Virus record (IMG/VR): IMGVR_UViG_3300028024_000007
Coordinates: 1,650 to 65,649 of that record
Source: a virus
Direction: 5' to 3' (one strand)
DNA: 64,000 bases
Both the position numbers and the translations under genes were made by a program. Below, in pieces: positions 60,445 through 64,000 of the stretch (its first letter is position 1; the number at the start of each line of letters is the position of its first letter). Under the pieces are notes generated by a model. That model had not been told where the DNA came from. It saw nothing but the letters and a program-made list of their open reading frames with translations, and did not search any database.

Positions 60445-60689
60445 GGCTCGCGGCTATCCTGGTGGTTCTCGGGTGCGTCGCGACCGTACCGCCGCCCGCT
60501 CCCCCGCTCGTCACCGGGTCCCCGACCTGCGCGACTGCGTGCGCCAACATCACCCGCCTCGGGTGCGCCAACAAGTCCGCCCAGTGCGTCCCGGCCTGCG
60601 AGAACGCCCAGGCCTCCGGGATCATCTCGTACGACGTCATGTGCATCACGTCTGCCGAGACGTGCGCCGCGGTTGACATCTGCCAGTAG
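60441..60689 (+). CDS. Cys-rich small lipoprotein
   Basis: Lipobox VVLGC; CATAC, CVPAC and further Cys residues. Confidence 0.65.
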   Translation: MRLAAILVVLGCVATVPPPAPPLVTGSPTCATACANITRLGCANKSAQCVPACENAQASGIISYDVMCITSAETCAAVDICQ

Positions 60690-60718
60690 GAGCCGCACCG
60701 CAGCGTCGGACCGCATGG

Positions 60719-60748
60719 TAGACGGCGCGCCCGGAGCTGGTGCATCAT
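60719..60748 (+). promoter_or_regulatory. Putative leaderless promoter of the holin gene
   Basis: TAGACG-N18-CATCAT, with ATG 7 nt later. Confidence 0.55.
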
Positions 60749-60755
60749 CGGCCAG

Positions 60756-61202
60756 ATGAACAAGTTCCTGGTCGAGACCGTCCTCCCCGCGCTCGGTTCG
60801 ATCCTGGCGGCCCTGGTGCCGCTCGCGGTCTGGGAGCTGAAGAAGTTCATCGCCGCGAAGACCAAGAACGAGCAGCTGCGGGGCGTGCTCGACCGGCTCG
60901 CGGACGCGGCCTCCGACGTGGTCCGCGACGTCTCGGCGACCACCTACAAGGAGCTGTCCGCGCGCGCCAAGGACGGCCAGCTCACGCCGGAGGACCGCGA
61001 GTACCTCCGCGGCGTCGCCGTGAAGCGCCTCCGCGAGGTCGCCACGAAGGAGATCGTCGACCTCGCGAAGCTGAACGGCCTGGACGTCGTCCAGATGACG
61101 ACGACCCTGCAGGGGAAGATCGAGGCCGCCGTCGACGAGATGAAGCTCGCTCACGTGGCGGCGGCGAACGCGGTCCCGGTCGCCCCCGTGGCGGGGGCCT
61201 GA
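60756..61202 (+). CDS. Holin (LL-H-like, single TM)
   Basis: N-terminal TM; KDGQLT.E motif; C-terminal IEAAVDEMK. Confidence 0.65.
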   Translation: MNKFLVETVLPALGSILAALVPLAVWELKKFIAAKTKNEQLRGVLDRLADAASDVVRDVSATTYKELSARAKDGQLTPEDREYLRGVAVKRLREVATKEIVDLAKLNGLDVVQMTTTLQGKIEAAVDEMKLAHVAAANAVPVAPVAGA

Positions 61203-61206
61203 CGGG

Positions 61207-61902
61207 GTGGGCGAGGAGGAGGTCACCCCGGCGGAGTCGCGGCGGCCGCGCCGGACATCGTCGCGCCTGCAGAGTCTCCGCGACAGCGAGGGCTACCACC
61301 GGTTCCTCGACAAGGCGCTCTGGCCACTGCTGACGACGCTCGGCATGCTGGCGATCGCTCGCATCCAGCACGGCGTCACGACCAGCGCGGTCGACGAGAA
61401 GACCGACAAGGTCAAGACCGAGGTCAAGGCCGAGGTCAAAGCTGAAGCCAAGGCGACGGCCAAGACCGAGGCGAAGACGGAGACCGCCAGCGTGGTGGGC
61501 GGCGTGTGGTCGGGCCTCGCCGACCCGCTGAACAAACTGCAGACGAGGGTCGAGGCCTGCGAGGCTCGCCTCATCGCGGTCGAGAAGACGCAGAAGGCGC
61601 AGAGCGCGATCGAGGTCGCCCTGGCGCACGACTTCGTGGTCGAAGGCCACCCGGCGGCGCTCCGCCGAATCGACGCTGGACTGGTCAAGGACGTGAAGGC
61701 CAACGCCGCGAAGAACAGCAAGGAGCTCGAGGCTCGGCGCAAGAAGCCGGTCCCCGCGCTCAAGCCGCTACCGCTCCTCCTGCCCGTCGCCCCGGCGTCC
61801 ATCAGGCTAACGCCGGCACCGGACAAAAACGACCATCCGACAGTGGCGCCGGTGGTGCCGACCGCACCGCAGAATCTCGACGCCGGATTGGGCAAGGGGT
61901 GA
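61207..61902 (+). CDS. Membrane-anchored coiled-coil protein (possible inner spanin)
   Basis: TM ALWPLLTTLGMLAIA, KTEVKAEVKAEAK repeats and a Pro-rich tail; directly after the holin. Confidence 0.55.
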   Translation: MGEEEVTPAESRRPRRTSSRLQSLRDSEGYHRFLDKALWPLLTTLGMLAIARIQHGVTTSAVDEKTDKVKTEVKAEVKAEAKATAKTEAKTETASVVGGVWSGLADPLNKLQTRVEACEARLIAVEKTQKAQSAIEVALAHDFVVEGHPAALRRIDAGLVKDVKANAAKNSKELEARRKKPVPALKPLPLLLPVAPASIRLTPAPDKNDHPTVAPVVPTAPQNLDAGLGKG

Positions 61903-61963
61903 CGGACGTGGTTACCCTGTTCAGCAGGCCAGATGCGCATCTCCAAACCGCCGGCAGGGAGTC

Positions 61964-62353
61964 ATGAATGATGGGCAGCCTCGCAACGGTAGTGCGGGAT
62001 CTGGTGACAGGGCGGCGCGCCTCGCGGAAGCAAATCGGAGGCTCGAGGACAACCAAGAGAGCCGACGGCACTGGCGCCGTGTCCGGGCCCTCCTCGACAC
62101 TCTCAGCGAGATTCAAGGCTCAGCTGTCGGAGCTCAGGGAGTCGACCGAGCTACGACTCTCCGCCTTTTCGCGGACGCCTTAGACGAGCTCATGCCGACG
62201 CTCGCGGCGCAGGGACCCCTGGCGCGCGCGGAGGCCATCGACCTCGACCGCGGGCGCGACGCTACTCCGCCTCCGACCGAGGAGACCAGCGAGACGCGCC
62301 GGGCCAGGCGCGAGCGCGGCGAGGACTCCCGCCCCGGCCGCAAGCGGGCCTGA
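61964..62353 (+). CDS. Hypothetical protein
   Basis: RBS GGGAG; followed by a promoter motif. Confidence 0.55.
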   Translation: MNDGQPRNGSAGSGDRAARLAEANRRLEDNQESRRHWRRVRALLDTLSEIQGSAVGAQGVDRATTLRLFADALDELMPTLAAQGPLARAEAIDLDRGRDATPPPTEETSETRRARRERGEDSRPGRKRA

Positions 62354-62356
62354 TCC

Positions 62357-62386
62357 TTGACGGTCGGCGGCCTCCCGACCGATGCT
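62357..62386 (+). promoter_or_regulatory. Putative promoter
   Basis: TTGACG-N18-GATGCT. Confidence 0.55.
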
Positions 62387-62406
62387 GGCGCGGTGCCCGA
62401 GGCGCG

Positions 62407-62811
62407 ATGACACCGGCCAGGATCCCACTCCCGTCGCGGGATGACATCCCGCGTCCCGTGGCCTCCCCGGAGGTCCCGCCGGCCGCGGACATCGAGGTCA
62501 CGGAGTTCGAGGACATGCCGACGAACCTCGAGCGCCGGTGCCCCGGGTGCAGCAAGAAGTTCCTCGAGCTAGAGGGCGACTTCGGGATCCCCGTGACGCA
62601 CGCTGCGGCCTGGGGGCCGCCCTACGACGGCGCGTGCCGCGGCAGCCGGGATCCCGGCGGGTGGTACTGGTGCAAGAGCCCGGTCGAGCCGGCCGCGCGT
62701 CCCGGGGACGGGCGCCTGGTGCTCCCGCAGAAGATGGAGGTCTTCTTCCTGCCGGACCGCCGGAAGACCGAGACCCCGGTGGTCGTCGACCAGCGCGCGA
62801 AGAAGGGATGA
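62407..62811 (+). CDS. Hypothetical protein with CxxC...H...C zinc motif
   Basis: CPGC...H...CRGS...WC residues. Confidence 0.55.
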   Translation: MTPARIPLPSRDDIPRPVASPEVPPAADIEVTEFEDMPTNLERRCPGCSKKFLELEGDFGIPVTHAAAWGPPYDGACRGSRDPGGWYWCKSPVEPAARPGDGRLVLPQKMEVFFLPDRRKTETPVVVDQRAKKG

Positions 62812-62815
62812 CCAG

Positions 62816-63430
62816 ATGTCCAGCAAGCTGACCGTGAGCGGCCTCGCCTCCGTGACCCCGTCGACCCCGTGCGGGTCGACCCACTCGTCGTCCACGATCG
62901 AGCTCGACGTCGCTTGCAGGAACTACGCGGCCCAGGACTCCGGCCTGTTCGCCGTCAGCGGCACGTCCGAGGCTCCTCACCTGCTCGCCCCCGGCGGCGT
63001 CGGCGCGATCCGCTTCCTGATGATCCGGTCCGTCGACCGCGCGGCGATGGTCGCCCTCCTGACCAGCGCGACCGGCGGCGTCGACCAGGCGTGGCCGTTC
63101 TCGGACGTGCTCTACCTGCACGTCCCGTCCCCCGGAGATCCGATCTTGGCGGCGAAGATCGTGGGGACCGGGACCATCGAGTACGTCGCCGCCGGCGACA
63201 CGGCCGCTGGTGGGGGCGGCTCTCCGGTCCTGCGCGGCGGGTTCGTCGGGTCGTTCGACTCGACGGCGCTCCTCACCGCCACCGACGCCAGCGTCTATAT
63301 CCCCGGGGCGACCCTGGCTCGCGTCCGGAACATCGGCTACTACACGCTCGACCCGCGCGGGACCAACCCCGACGACGGCTCGTCCTTCTTGGCGTCGTCC
63401 ATCTCCGGCCTCCAGTGGGTGCTCACATGA
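62816..63430 (+). CDS. Beta-rich protein paralogous to 29851, with a C-terminal extension resembling fibre module B
   Basis: TSATGGVDQAWPFSD...GDPILAAKIVGTGTIEYVAAGD, then GGGG and a DASV/YY/PDDG/QW pattern. Confidence 0.7.
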   Translation: MSSKLTVSGLASVTPSTPCGSTHSSSTIELDVACRNYAAQDSGLFAVSGTSEAPHLLAPGGVGAIRFLMIRSVDRAAMVALLTSATGGVDQAWPFSDVLYLHVPSPGDPILAAKIVGTGTIEYVAAGDTAAGGGGSPVLRGGFVGSFDSTALLTATDASVYIPGATLARVRNIGYYTLDPRGTNPDDGSSFLASSISGLQWVLT

Positions 63431-64000
63431 AGAAGTGGCAAGAGCTCGCGGTCCTCGGCGTCGTGCTCGCCCTCGGGGTAGCGGCGACGGCGATCCCCGT
63501 GGCCGCCCCCGACTCCACGCTCATCTGCGACGGGATCGCCACAGGAGTGTCCCAGCTGGCGACCGCCTCCGTCGCGGGCCGGCCGTCGTTCTCGACGCGC
63601 GCCTGGGTCGCCAGCGTGAAGGACTGGTTCATCCTCGAGCCGGCTGGAGCGACGACTCCCGTCCCCATGGTGCACGTCAGGGCTCCGGACGGCAGGGACT
63701 GGTCACGCCAGGGCGTCCAGAGCCTGGAGTGGCTGACGCAAGGCACGTGGAGCGTCGACGAGAGCAACGCCACCGGTCTCGCGAATGACGAAAATACCTG
63801 CGCCGATGATCTGCACCCGTGTCTGACCGTTGACGAACTCTTACGCCGAATAGGGAAGCTATCGAGTTACACGTCGGACATCGTCGTGCGCTGGTTGAGT
63901 GACACCACGCGCCTGAGCATCAACCTCTCCGGGATCGTCCCGGGGAACCTCTCGATCGGTTCCATGGCGCCGACACTCGTATTCGTGGGCGTGCCTACGG
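63427..64000 (+). CDS. Signal-peptide-bearing paralog of the fibre post-B domain (partial, runs off the window; absent from the ORF track)
   Basis: Hand translation MKKWQELAVLGVVLALGVAATA...WLTQGTWSVDESNATGLANDENTCADDLHPCLTVDELLRR...RWLSDTT; no stop before 64000. Confidence 0.75.
   Translation, partial: MKKWQELAVLGVVLALGVAATAIPVAAPDSTLICDGIATGVSQLATASVAGRPSFSTRAWVASVKDWFILEPAGATTPVPMVHVRAPDGRDWSRQGVQSLEWLTQGTWSVDESNATGLANDENTCADDLHPCLTVDELLRRIGKLSSYTSDIVVRWLSDTTRLSINLSGIVPGNLSIGSMAPTLVFVGVPT

Larger units (their letters stand above)
1..64000 (+). mobile_element. Tailed phage or prophage segment, contractile-tail (myovirus) morphotype
   Basis: Co-oriented terminase, portal, capsid, sheath, tube, tape measure, baseplate, fibre and holin genes. 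No host housekeeping genes and no element boundary inside the window. Confidence 0.95.

Overview
The whole window reads as a segment of a high-GC (roughly 70% by eye) tailed phage or prophage with a contractile (myovirus-type) tail. Nearly all genes are on the + strand. Morphogenesis genes are present in recognisable order: terminase, portal, gpF-like minor head protein, scaffold, major capsid, head-tail joining, sheath, tube, frameshifted tail chaperone, tape measure, baseplate, three repeat-bearing fibre proteins, and holin. They are interleaved with blocks of accessory genes. Main features: (1) The large terminase appears split into an ATPase-only gene (1669-2493) and a lid+nuclease gene (18086-18868), about 15.6 kb apart. 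(2) Inside that gap lies a 7-deazaguanine DNA-modification operon (ParB-like, dpdA-like, queC, folE, queD, queE). It ends in an Fe/Mn-SOD-fold protein with a zinc metallopeptidase domain nested inside it. (3) A recurring promoter geometry (TTGAC-like, N17-18, xAxxxT) precedes many single genes, often with the start codon 6-8 nt downstream (leaderless). (4) The fibre genes are built combinatorially from shared modules joined by 25-aa repeats, with a further copy of one module fused to a signal peptide at the window end. (5) The baseplate J gene appears to start at ATC. Several Cys-rich or Gly-rich lipoproteins hint at a myxobacteria-like host, but this is inference only. No integrase, DNA polymerase, primase, helicase, tRNA or CRISPR array was recognised. 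All family calls come from motifs read by eye; no database search was run.
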